64,000 nucleotides of DNA from an uncultured virus (IMG/VR IMGVR_UViG_3300033752_000251) (IMGVR_UViG_3300033752_000251); one strand, 5' to 3'; numbered from the stretch's first letter, positions 31,728 through 40,426 are shown. Program-made: numbers and translations. Notes: generated by a model not told the origin, from the letters alone.

Positions 31728-32180
31728 ATGAAAAAAATGTTTAATCCAATTCAACGTCTTTTGTCTGTACTTGTCGTGTACGCTCACAACATGAAGGTTC
31801 TTCATTGGAAAGTGACCGGAACGGATTTTGATCCTACACATTCAGTATTTGACGAGTATGCAAAAAAATTAAATGAATTTGTAGATGAAGTTGCTGAAAT
31901 TTGTATTCAATTAAATACAAATCCCGTTAGCTATAGTTTTGCATTAGATGTTTTGGAAAAAGATTCGTTATTTAAATATTTTATAGCCGATGCAGATAGA
32001 AATTATACTTCTAAGGAAGCATTTGAAGCGGCAAATGTTATGTTTGATACTATCATTGCTGTTTATGAAATGGTCAGTAAAAACCAAGCTATACCTGAAG
32101 ATATTCGAAATAAACTTCAGGAACATAGTTATTTTGTAAGAAAAGAATTTATGTATAAGAATAAAATGCGGCTAACATAA
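31728..32180 (+). CDS. dps: Dps/ferritin-like protein
   Basis: HWKVTGTDFDPTHSVFDEY...DEVAE ferroxidase-centre signature. Confidence 0.88.
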   Translation: MKKMFNPIQRLLSVLVVYAHNMKVLHWKVTGTDFDPTHSVFDEYAKKLNEFVDEVAEICIQLNTNPVSYSFALDVLEKDSLFKYFIADADRNYTSKEAFEAANVMFDTIIAVYEMVSKNQAIPEDIRNKLQEHSYFVRKEFMYKNKMRLT

Positions 32181-32220
32181 AAAATAAAGGATGGTATATT
32201 AACCATCCCTTTATTTTTTA
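32179..32220. terminator. Bidirectional intrinsic terminator
   Basis: A tract, aaaggatggt/accatcccttt stem, T tract; closes dps and would also end a leftward transcript. Confidence 0.75.
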
Positions 32221-32236
32221 CTAATTTGGACTAATA

Positions 32237-32910
32237 GTATACACCACCCGCCCGGCGGCCGCTGTGAAGCTCGCGGAGGCGGTGCATCGAAACCTGATCC
32301 GCGCGACTGACCAGATCGCCGAGTTCGTGTACGTGGCGCCGGACGATCCGAAATACGCTGTACTGGCCGGTTTTGTCATGGCGTTCAGCGCGATGGGGCT
32401 TTGGAGTGGAACGAAAAACATCATCGGGAAGTGAACGGGAAGAAACCCCGCCTGGCCGTGTGGCTGGGCGGGGTTGTTTGACAGTGGTATAATTAATACT
32501 TTTTGCGTATAATAAAGTTCAGAAAAAGGAGGCATTTCGCATGTTCTCTAAAACCAAACAATTCATAGGGTTTGTGCACAAGAAAGTTATGGATGATATT
32601 GAGAAATTCGAAAAGTTTTCAAAAGAACAGGATGAACGTTTTGATTCTATAAAAAAGCAAATGGAAAATTGGGATAAGAACACTAAATTGATTCGAAGAA
32701 AATAGCAATCGCCGAATCGCTGACTGAGCACGTGCCGGCGCCGAAGTGGTTCGTGGATCAATTCGGCAGCGGCGATCTCGGCGGTCTGATCAGCGATCCG
32801 CACTTTAGCCTTGAGGGCTGGGCGCGCGCTGGCCTCATCGCGTCGACGGTTGCGAATGCGAACCGCGACCAAAAGCGGCGCCGTCGGCCCTACGAGCCGC
32901 AGGACTTTAT
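32237..32910. other. High-GC mosaic of short foreign phage gene fragments (amidase, unknown, holin + terminator, small gene, endolysin C-terminal domain, tail assembly protein T)
   Basis: Hand count: 80/120 GC at 32241-32360 and 127/190 GC at 32711-32900, against AT-rich flanks; + strand translations are recognisable pieces of unrelated proteins. Confidence 0.75.
32541..32705 (+). CDS. 54-aa small protein MFSKTKQFIGFVHKKVMDDIEKFEKFSKEQDERFDSIKKQMENWDKNTKLIRRK
   Basis: AAGGAGG RBS; upstream host-type extended -10 TGgTATAAT at 32485-32493; too short for the ORF track. Confidence 0.65.
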   Translation: MFSKTKQFIGFVHKKVMDDIEKFEKFSKEQDERFDSIKKQMENWDKNTKLIRRK

Positions 32911-32933
32911 ACCAAATAAGTATTTCCAAAAAT

Positions 32934-32949
32934 ATAATATATAATTTAT
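32934..32949 (-). promoter_or_regulatory. Early promoter facing the mosaic cassette
   Basis: Reverse complement ATAAATTATATATTAT is identical over 16 nt to the promoters at 1154-1169 and 50251-50266. Confidence 0.75.
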
Positions 32950-32972
32950 ATTCCAAAAATATACCTTTTTAA

Positions 32973-33042
32973 CAAAAAAAATTGCGGATGCACATTTGAG
33001 TGCATCCGCTTTGAGGGGGGTTGGGGATGGGTTGGGATAATT
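32973..33042 (-). ncRNA. Putative ~70-nt late C-rich small RNA
   Basis: Late promoter AACA-taaagg-TA at 33042-33053 (-), C-rich tract, gcggatgcac/gtgcatccgc hairpin plus U tract; no ORF. Confidence 0.6.
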
Positions 33043-33110
33043 ACCTTTATGTTTTTAATTTAATTATTTTTTAGTGAAAAAAAAAATAAAAGATAGAAAT
33101 AAAAAAAAGG

Positions 33111-33337
33111 TCATGAGACCTTTAATTTTCTTCTTTCCATTTCACAATATACCGCTTCCACCCAATCACCCATAGTAACACCGGGGAAATATACCGTATC
33201 ATACGGTTCATCCAAAGAATACAACTTTTCTTTTAAGCAGTATTTAATTGCTTCCCATATTTTGATAATTTCTCCGTCCGTGTAGTCCTGTCCTTTTCCA
33301 GTAATTCTTGTATAGTATTATAACCTTTGAAAGCCAT
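33111..33337 (-). pseudogene. Small gene interrupted by a 1-nt frame break
   Basis: AGGAGG RBS, MAFKGYNTIQELLEK then -1 frame GQDYTDGEIIKIWEAIKYCL...ERRKLKVS. Confidence 0.55.
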
Positions 33338-33468
33338 TTTTTAACCTCCTAATTTTTTTATTAATTATCTTCATTATTATGATATAATAAATAAAAAAAT
33401 AAAGGATACGGTAAAAATCCTATATCCTTATCATAAAATATTTTTTGTACTATCTCTTTACATTATTC

Positions 33469-34221
33469 TTACGAAAAGAATTCATATAATGAAACGGTAT
33501 TGGGCTCAACTATAGGCAATCTAAATTCATTTTCTGCTTCTCTTTCAGATAAAACCCTATTTGTCTTTCGACAATGAACATTTCTTGCATTGGAGAAATC
33601 GTCATCAGCGTTCCTCATCTTACTCCTACCAAAGGATGCCATAGAATATTTTTTCTTTTTCATATTTTCAACGATTTTCTCTGTCACATCTTTGGTAATG
33701 TTGTTTGCCAAGAAAACAGTGAGGGGTATCTCTACAGAATTTCCAGTTTTATTTTTGTTACGGTCGTTATACCAACACTCAACGACTTCACCCTTCAAAT
33801 GAAAGGTAACTGAATAGATATCGACATCTATTTGAGCATTTTCATTATTTTTCCCCCGATTGAATGAACCTTTATCATTAAGCACACTTTCTACAATCTT
33901 ATTGAATAGAGAGAAAAATGCTGGTTCGACTATATTCCCTCTCTTTTTCAGTAAATTTGGGAAGGCTTCCATAAAACCTTCAATGGTGCAATATTCTGCA
34001 AAAATTCGTTTATTCACAACTTTAAACACTTCTTCAAAATGTTCACATTCACGAATAGGACCATGTTCACCATCATCAGACAATTTGACGGCAACATAGC
34101 TGTTATTCGTCAATTTAATTACAACAAAAGCCTCGTCAACATATTCATCGTCTCTTTCACGAATTTGGCCGAAAAGAAGCTTCGGTTTTTTCATTTCGGT
34201 TGCCGATTGTTGTCCAGTCAT
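33469..34221 (-). CDS. Hypothetical early protein
   Basis: AAGGAGG RBS, early motif at 34259-34266. Confidence 0.8.
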   Translation of the reverse strand: MTGQQSATEMKKPKLLFGQIRERDDEYVDEAFVVIKLTNNSYVAVKLSDDGEHGPIRECEHFEEVFKVVNKRIFAEYCTIEGFMEAFPNLLKKRGNIVEPAFFSLFNKIVESVLNDKGSFNRGKNNENAQIDVDIYSVTFHLKGEVVECWYNDRNKNKTGNSVEIPLTVFLANNITKDVTEKIVENMKKKKYSMASFGRSKMRNADDDFSNARNVHCRKTNRVLSEREAENEFRLPIVEPNTVSLYEFFS

Positions 34222-34306
34222 TTTAATTCCTCCTTAATTATTTATTAATATCAAAAATATAATATATAAATTAAAATACGGGGTTTTGATAAACCCCGTA
34301 TTTTAA

Positions 34307-35746
34307 TTATTTTTGTTTTAATTCAATAATCTGAGCACATTTCTTTTTAAACGTTTTCATTCTCTTTCTTAACATTCCCTCAGTTTGAGGGAAACCAACA
34401 TCAACCAAATCAAAATAGAATGTAAATTTATCTTTGGCATATTCCCGCAATCTTCCCTGCATTTGATTTGCTGTAATAGGTGAAGTATATTGCTCAGTAT
34501 TGATTATAAATCGCAGTCCGGGAATATCTGAGCCTGTACCAAGTGACTTTGGTGTTGTCAAAATTAACTCAGAGTTCAAAGCTTTTTCTTTTTCTTCTGG
34601 ACTTATTGTCGAATTGTATTTCATCGGGGTTCTCTTATCATAATTCTCCATCAGAAAATCATACAATGTGTCAATTGCATCGTTTTTTGATAAATAAATA
34701 ACTATTTTACCTTCTTTATCTCCGATAAAATTGAGAACTTCCATTATCTTTTTATAAAATAATTCTTGTCCAATTTGATAGTCGATATATCTATTTCTGT
34801 CAAAACCATGTACACCCTTAACAGCGGCCTTAGTGCCCATGTCCGGACGTGTTTTATATCTCACAATAACTGCTATGATATGCTTTCTCTTCTCATCTGC
34901 CATTTCTTTACCGAATTTAGGGACGTTCTTAAAACATCTTTCAAAAATTATATTTTCACGGAAATGTGAACGTTCGAAATTAGCAGTAAGATATATTGTT
35001 TTCTTTGTATTGGTATGAAGGTCGATGTAATTCATGTTTTCAAAGTTGAAATGTGCCTCATCATAAACCTTCACTCCAATACCCAATTTTACAAAGAATT
35101 CACCAACAGCATCCCATCCTTCTTTTTTAGCAAAGCTGTGGATGGTCTGGTGGTTAACAAAAAATACTTTATAAGGAATTTTCTTCATAGAGAGAAGTTT
35201 CCTGATAGCATCACTTCCGCTTATATTAAATATGAAAGGTTCTTTTAAATCCGTCATATTTATAATAGATTTTATCCACTGTTTCTTAATATTATCATTG
35301 GGAGTTATAATAATCGCTTTCATTTTAAGGAAAGTCAAAGCTGCAATTACGCAATATGTTTTCCCATCACCGGTATCCAAATCAAGAGCCTGTTGGGAAT
35401 ATTTTTTCGCATATCTAAACTCACCTTCACCCAACAGGAATGAAATAGATTTACGCTGTATATCGTTTCTAGGCTCTTTTAAAAGACGAAAAGATGCAGG
35501 TTCTACGGGATCATGCTCATAGCTAATCTTACATCTTACGCCGAAAGCTCTTTCAAGATAATTTAAATCTATACCTCTGGGTAAATAAAGTTGTTTCTTC
35601 TCAGCATTATAAAAAAATCCGGGGGTGTCCATCTTATAATAGATGGGGTCCCAAATTGATAGCATATTTTCCAGATTTTTATTTTCACCAAGCTCATAGT
35701 TAGTGACTATGATAGATGTATGGCGTACAGTTATAGTTTTTTTCAT
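34307..35746 (-). CDS. Superfamily 2 (UvsW-like) DNA helicase
   Basis: DTGDGKT, YDEAH, LTA, GTGSDIP and QMQGRLR motifs. Confidence 0.9.
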   Translation of the reverse strand: MKKTITVRHTSIIVTNYELGENKNLENMLSIWDPIYYKMDTPGFFYNAEKKQLYLPRGIDLNYLERAFGVRCKISYEHDPVEPASFRLLKEPRNDIQRKSISFLLGEGEFRYAKKYSQQALDLDTGDGKTYCVIAALTFLKMKAIIITPNDNIKKQWIKSIINMTDLKEPFIFNISGSDAIRKLLSMKKIPYKVFFVNHQTIHSFAKKEGWDAVGEFFVKLGIGVKVYDEAHFNFENMNYIDLHTNTKKTIYLTANFERSHFRENIIFERCFKNVPKFGKEMADEKRKHIIAVIVRYKTRPDMGTKAAVKGVHGFDRNRYIDYQIGQELFYKKIMEVLNFIGDKEGKIVIYLSKNDAIDTLYDFLMENYDKRTPMKYNSTISPEEKEKALNSELILTTPKSLGTGSDIPGLRFIINTEQYTSPITANQMQGRLREYAKDKFTFYFDLVDVGFPQTEGMLRKRMKTFKKKCAQIIELKQK

Positions 35747-35858
35747 ATAATCATAGACACCTCCAAAAAAAAACTAAGAGATATCACTTTATAATAAAGT
35801 TTTTATAAAAATAAAAAAAACAAGGATGGTTATCTCTATCCATCCTTGTTTTTAATGA

Positions 35859-36041
35859 TCAGTGTAAAATAGGCCAATTTCTATCGACGATTGTTCTTCT
35901 CCATTGAATCTCATTCAACGGTTCCGTGCCGGCCTTTCTATGACGTTCACAATAATCCTCATAAGTTTCTTTTTTAGGAGTCCATTCACTGGGATTGTAT
36001 CGTTTTACAAATCGTATTCTTTTATTCATTATATAGATCAC
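35859..36041 (-). CDS. Hypothetical protein
   Basis: 60-aa ORF following the 36043-36573 gene. Confidence 0.6.
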   Translation of the reverse strand: MIYIMNKRIRFVKRYNPSEWTPKKETYEDYCERHRKAGTEPLNEIQWRRTIVDRNWPILH

Positions 36042-36042
36042 C

Positions 36043-36573
36043 TCAACCAGCTTTTTTAGGAATGAAGTTATTCGTGTGGATAAGATGACTCCTGATGATG
36101 GTTAATGCGACATAGAGGTCAAAGCTGTCAGAGCAATTGAAAGTGAAGCGATACTTGTTATCTTCATGGGATTCATATACCATATCCTCACTATAACCAG
36201 CATCGAAGATCAGATGATTTCTATTTCTGGTGTCGACTATATCATAGAAATCGACAGTGAGGGGTATAACACTATTCACGCTGACTCTCCATCCGAGGAG
36301 ATTGTTTGCGAGTATGAATTCGACCCCGAAAATATCTTTGAAATCCAAGAAGAATACTGGGAGTCTCAGAGATTTGGCTACATGAGACTCGATTACTTTT
36401 ATTCTCAAACCGAGTCCGTTGATTGTCAGTCGATCATCGAAGAACAGAAGGCCAATTTTATTTGCAACAAAGTTGATCTGATCCCAGTAATATTGCTTAA
36501 ACTTATGATCACCCGGATCATTTTGACGTGCCCACTTTCCAAGAGGAATTCCAGTTGCCATTACTTTCTCCAT
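36043..36573 (-). CDS. Hypothetical early protein
   Basis: GGAGGT RBS, early motif at 36612-36619. Confidence 0.8.
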   Translation of the reverse strand: MEKVMATGIPLGKWARQNDPGDHKFKQYYWDQINFVANKIGLLFFDDRLTINGLGLRIKVIESHVAKSLRLPVFFLDFKDIFGVEFILANNLLGWRVSVNSVIPLTVDFYDIVDTRNRNHLIFDAGYSEDMVYESHEDNKYRFTFNCSDSFDLYVALTIIRSHLIHTNNFIPKKAG

Positions 36574-36686
36574 ATAATACCTCCAATATGATTATTATTT
36601 ATTACGTTATTATAATATATACTTAAAATCTTTGAGTTTATGTAAATAAAAAAAATAATGTCTCGGGATAACCCGAGACATTATTC

Positions 36687-38696
36687 TTAAATTTTTTCTT
36701 TGAAGAACGGATCGATGAACGAAGATCCACTCTTTCTGAATGTGATGGGCTTGATCAATTGTCTGCTCAGATCCTGGAACGACAGACTGATCAGAACAGA
36801 CGGATGGTTTTGAAGAGCAGAGTCTACTGTCAAGATCCTATATTCGTTACCTTCTACATATTTTCGATAATTCGGCGGTTGAAGTATATCTTTCGTACTC
36901 CTAATCAACGGTCTAATCAAAATCTCAGCGTGAACAGAGTCTACTGAGAATTTCGATTCGATAAGTAGATCAAGAAACTTTTGAACCATCTCGTCCACAG
37001 TAGTACATCCTTCATGATCACTTCTATTAAGAAGGTTCATGATGCTATATAGGGGCTTCGTAAGTTCATTATTTGCAATTTCCATGACAAACAATCTGTC
37101 GTCAAAAGACAGATTGCTTAATGGAATCTCGTAATAGTCTCTGGATGATCTGTTATTGTCCAGTAACCTTTTGAGATCTTCAGAGATATACATTTCTCCT
37201 CCGTTTTGCTCACGGATCTCGATGACCTCGCCGGTCTTACGGTTTTTCAATTCGAACAACAAGATGTATGAGTTGAACTCACTATCATCGAATTGATCAA
37301 TTGTCTGAACGTTATCCTTCATAATGATCATGCTATATTGGTTGATATCAACATCCTCATTCTCGGTGTTCAGATAAATTTCATTAACGTTTATCGAGAA
37401 GAATTTATAAAATTCTTCGTTGAATTTTATTTCTTCTGATTGTGTAGTTAGCAAGTGTTTTGCTGACAAAATATTTTGTGATAGTGGGTTTGTGACCTGA
37501 GTTCCTGCATAACCACCTACAGACTTGAGGTTTTTATTCGTGTAATACAGTTCCCCGTAACATTTCATACAGATTTTCTTTCCTGCACATCTTACAGGCG
37601 TACGGAGCAGGATGGTTTTGCCGATAAGATGTTCATCCTCGGCTTTAATCACTTTGTATTCCCTAGTGTGAGGGAAACGATAATAACGTCCAATAAGTTT
37701 CTTAAGATGCTCACGAGTTTTCACCTCTATCTTTACAGTATAGAGAGTTCCGCAGTCGAGAGCACCCTCACCCTTTTTCTTCAATTCAATGTCAGACGCA
37801 AGAAGCATAACCATTCTGGCAAAGTGTCCTGATTTGCCCATTACGTGCTTATTCATAATGGCAGCCTTACGACCGCCAAGGGAATCCAGATAATAATTGG
37901 TTACATTACCCAGTCCACCAACGATGAAGTTCGAGTTAATCGGAATAGGAATCGTGTTGTCATAGAGGTCCGGTTTCAACCCACCATTAATAGAGAACTC
38001 GGTAAGCTGCTTTGGCTTTATACCTGTCCCAGCCATCAGAATGGGTTTGAGGAAGTTATCTTCTGTTTTCAAAATTTCAATTTCTTCATTCATGAGTTGA
38101 TCAAGATAATCCTCAATTTCCTTCGGTTGCATACTTTCATCGATTTTGGTTCTGATTATTTCATTGAATCGTGGATTTCTTTCTGCAACTTGAATGAATG
38201 TCTCAACATTAATTGACAAACCAAGAATCATATTGAAATCTGTCGAAATCCTAGACAGATTATGAATCATGTCGTGAATAACTTTATTCAATTTTTTATT
38301 GTCGAATTGCTTCCTGAATGGAATTATAATCATATTGTCAATATATGACTTAATGAGATTTGCAGATATCTTTGAGCAGTCTACAATGTAATGAGGGTTG
38401 ATATGTGAGAACCGTTCCAATCTTACCAACGGTTCCCACATCATTATATTGGTCAAAAAATGTCTAAGTTGAAGTGTGTGAATATACTCGTTTTCTCGAT
38501 TGAAGAATTTAAAGTAAACTGGATGGGTTCGGAACTCTTTATGTTCAAAACCCTGTTTAACGAAATCATAGATCTTCTCAATGAACTCATTATATGACTT
38601 TTTATTCTTTGTGTGATTTTCAATAATCAAAATATTATTTGAAAGGAACTCCATTGTTTTCTTTGCTTCTTCTGTTAAACCAGGTTGCACTATCAT
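36687..38696 (-). CDS. RNA polymerase beta' subunit, C-terminal half (probably non-virion RNAP)
   Basis: Bridge helix GGRKAAIMNK...SGHFARMV, DCGT, RTPVRC...ICMKCYG zinc site, trigger loop PLSQNILSAKH, VHAEILIR; early motif at 38790 and late motif at 38728. Confidence 0.9.
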   Translation of the reverse strand: MIVQPGLTEEAKKTMEFLSNNILIIENHTKNKKSYNEFIEKIYDFVKQGFEHKEFRTHPVYFKFFNRENEYIHTLQLRHFLTNIMMWEPLVRLERFSHINPHYIVDCSKISANLIKSYIDNMIIIPFRKQFDNKKLNKVIHDMIHNLSRISTDFNMILGLSINVETFIQVAERNPRFNEIIRTKIDESMQPKEIEDYLDQLMNEEIEILKTEDNFLKPILMAGTGIKPKQLTEFSINGGLKPDLYDNTIPIPINSNFIVGGLGNVTNYYLDSLGGRKAAIMNKHVMGKSGHFARMVMLLASDIELKKKGEGALDCGTLYTVKIEVKTREHLKKLIGRYYRFPHTREYKVIKAEDEHLIGKTILLRTPVRCAGKKICMKCYGELYYTNKNLKSVGGYAGTQVTNPLSQNILSAKHLLTTQSEEIKFNEEFYKFFSINVNEIYLNTENEDVDINQYSMIIMKDNVQTIDQFDDSEFNSYILLFELKNRKTGEVIEIREQNGGEMYISEDLKRLLDNNRSSRDYYEIPLSNLSFDDRLFVMEIANNELTKPLYSIMNLLNRSDHEGCTTVDEMVQKFLDLLIESKFSVDSVHAEILIRPLIRSTKDILQPPNYRKYVEGNEYRILTVDSALQNHPSVLISLSFQDLSRQLIKPITFRKSGSSFIDPFFKEKI

Positions 38697-38920
38697 CCAA
38701 TCCCAACCTCCTATTTATTATATCTCTCACTAATTTGTTAACTGGATAGTATTTTTCTACTTATCCACCATCTCCTCTTTAACACCCTTATAATATATAA
38801 TTGAACAACGATAGATTAATCGGATCATAGAAATTGACATATTGGTTTACTAATTTCTTTTAAATACATATTATAAATACGGTAATAAATAAAAATCATG
38901 TATGGAGGTAGAGACTATCA

Positions 38921-39679
38921 ATGGAAGCACTTAAAGGGTTTTTCAACGAAGACGGTTCTTTCAATCAAGAATCTCTGAAAGAGATTATGCCCGAAAAATT
39001 CAATGGGACCCCAGAAGAATACGGCTATCTCGTTCTGAGTTCGTTCCGTCTTCCCATGGATTTCATTAGAAAGAATTTTACCAAACTCAATCTCAAAGAT
39101 CTTCTTACGTTCAATGAAGTAACAGAAGATATCATCATCGAAAATGCTTTCCACATTGCTTCGGAGATCCTTATCGAACAAGTTCGTATGTTCAGTGGTG
39201 AGCCTGGTAGTTCTGACGATCTGGTGCGACAATTTTTTATTTGTAATTATAGTAGTAGGGCGTATGATATTGTTTTCGGCGAACTGTTCTCCCTTCTTGA
39301 CGATGCTGTCAAAAAAATCGGTACAGATAATTTTTCTAACAGTGATCAGGGATGGGAGAATGAGACTACGGAAATTATCAATGAATGTATCACATATTTT
39401 AGTCGGGATTTCGTAGCCAAACACATCTCCCCGTATAAATTCAACATCATGAAAATTGCATTCATGCGGGATGATATGTATGACGTAGTCAGGGAAAGAA
39501 TCGATGAGATTCCATTCGAGAACCTCTGTAACATCATGGTCGCTTTTGAAAAACTCCCTGTTGATGAAAATGGCAGAAAGATCTACGACAGAATTTACAC
39601 AGAAGATCGTGAGAGAAAAATGAGAAAAATATTTCTCGATCGCATCAACAACGACTTCATGAAAATGAATCTTACATAA
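38921..39679 (+). CDS. Hypothetical protein
   Basis: 252-aa ORF, GGAGGT RBS. Confidence 0.8.
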   Translation: MEALKGFFNEDGSFNQESLKEIMPEKFNGTPEEYGYLVLSSFRLPMDFIRKNFTKLNLKDLLTFNEVTEDIIIENAFHIASEILIEQVRMFSGEPGSSDDLVRQFFICNYSSRAYDIVFGELFSLLDDAVKKIGTDNFSNSDQGWENETTEIINECITYFSRDFVAKHISPYKFNIMKIAFMRDDMYDVVRERIDEIPFENLCNIMVAFEKLPVDENGRKIYDRIYTEDRERKMRKIFLDRINNDFMKMNLT

Positions 39680-39734
39680 ACTAAGACATTAAAATCCCTG
39701 AATAGGTTTTAGCCTATTCAGGGATTTATTTTTT

Positions 39735-40259
39735 TTATTTGAAACTATTGGGTACAATTACGCTCGGCATTTGCGTCATTCGTTTCGGAGCAATCGGCTT
39801 GTTGAATTGACTCTGTGCACGTTGAGCAACCTTCTTAACAGTCGACGAACGCGATTTTGATGCCTTGCTGACAGTTTGGCGAGCAAGACGCATAGCCTGA
39901 TTGCCGTACTTCTTAAAGAGCTCAGCTTCCAGGTAGCGTTCCATGCGCCATACCGTCAACAACTTACGGAACATAGGGTCGTTCTTCTGTTTTGCAATCG
40001 TGAAGACAGCCACTTTTTGCGCCTGCGACAAACGTGCATTGCGGTCCAGACGCACAATAGATTTTTCAAGCAAGACTTCATCTTGATATGCAGCATTTAC
40101 TTCATTGTGATCGGAGATAAATTCGTCGAGTTCTTCTGGATTCAGATTCTCCAGAAGAGCAGCCTCCATGATGAGGGCTTCAGATTCAAGACCGAGTTCA
40201 ACATCGTCATTGTCGGCTACGGGTTGACCGGTAGAGCCGAAAAGAAGCGATTTAGCCAT
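39735..40259 (-). CDS. Putative abundant virion/head protein
   Basis: Late promoter at 40286-40297, acidic N-terminus with LxE motifs, basic C-terminus. Confidence 0.6.
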   Translation of the reverse strand: MAKSLLFGSTGQPVADNDDVELGLESEALIMEAALLENLNPEELDEFISDHNEVNAAYQDEVLLEKSIVRLDRNARLSQAQKVAVFTIAKQKNDPMFRKLLTVWRMERYLEAELFKKYGNQAMRLARQTVSKASKSRSSTVKKVAQRAQSQFNKPIAPKRMTQMPSVIVPNSFK

Positions 40260-40426
40260 TAGATTCATCCCTTTCCTCATTTTTTTACCTTAATGTTCGT
40301 ATGAGTTTTTTGAAGAACATGATTTTTAATGTTCTTTTTAACAGTTTACTAAGCAGGAATCTAAATATATATTATAGATCAGACACAATTGAGAAGAAAA
40401 AATAAACTTTAAAAAAATAAGGAAGG

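Larger units (their letters stand above)
32221..32930 (-). ncRNA. Putative early antisense RNA across the foreign-fragment mosaic
   Basis: Perfect early promoter at 32934-32949 (-), no RBS or start codon after it, terminator at 32179-32220. Confidence 0.5.

Noticed and set aside
32478..32513. TTGACA...TATAAT as a canonical sigma-A promoter
   Set aside because: Spacing to the two TATAAT boxes is 4 and 24 nt, not ~17; only the extended -10 is retained
32237..32910. CRISPR array or IS/prophage insertion
   Set aside because: No direct repeats, terminal inverted repeats, transposase or integrase visible
32732..32944. 70-aa + strand ORF as a real gene
   Set aside because: GTG start without an RBS; a chimera of two unrelated fragments running into the promoter
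32519..32956. 145-aa and 104-aa (32221-32535) minus-strand ORFs over the mosaic
   Set aside because: The first starts upstream of the promoter and neither has an RBS; they are antisense shadows of high-GC coding fragments
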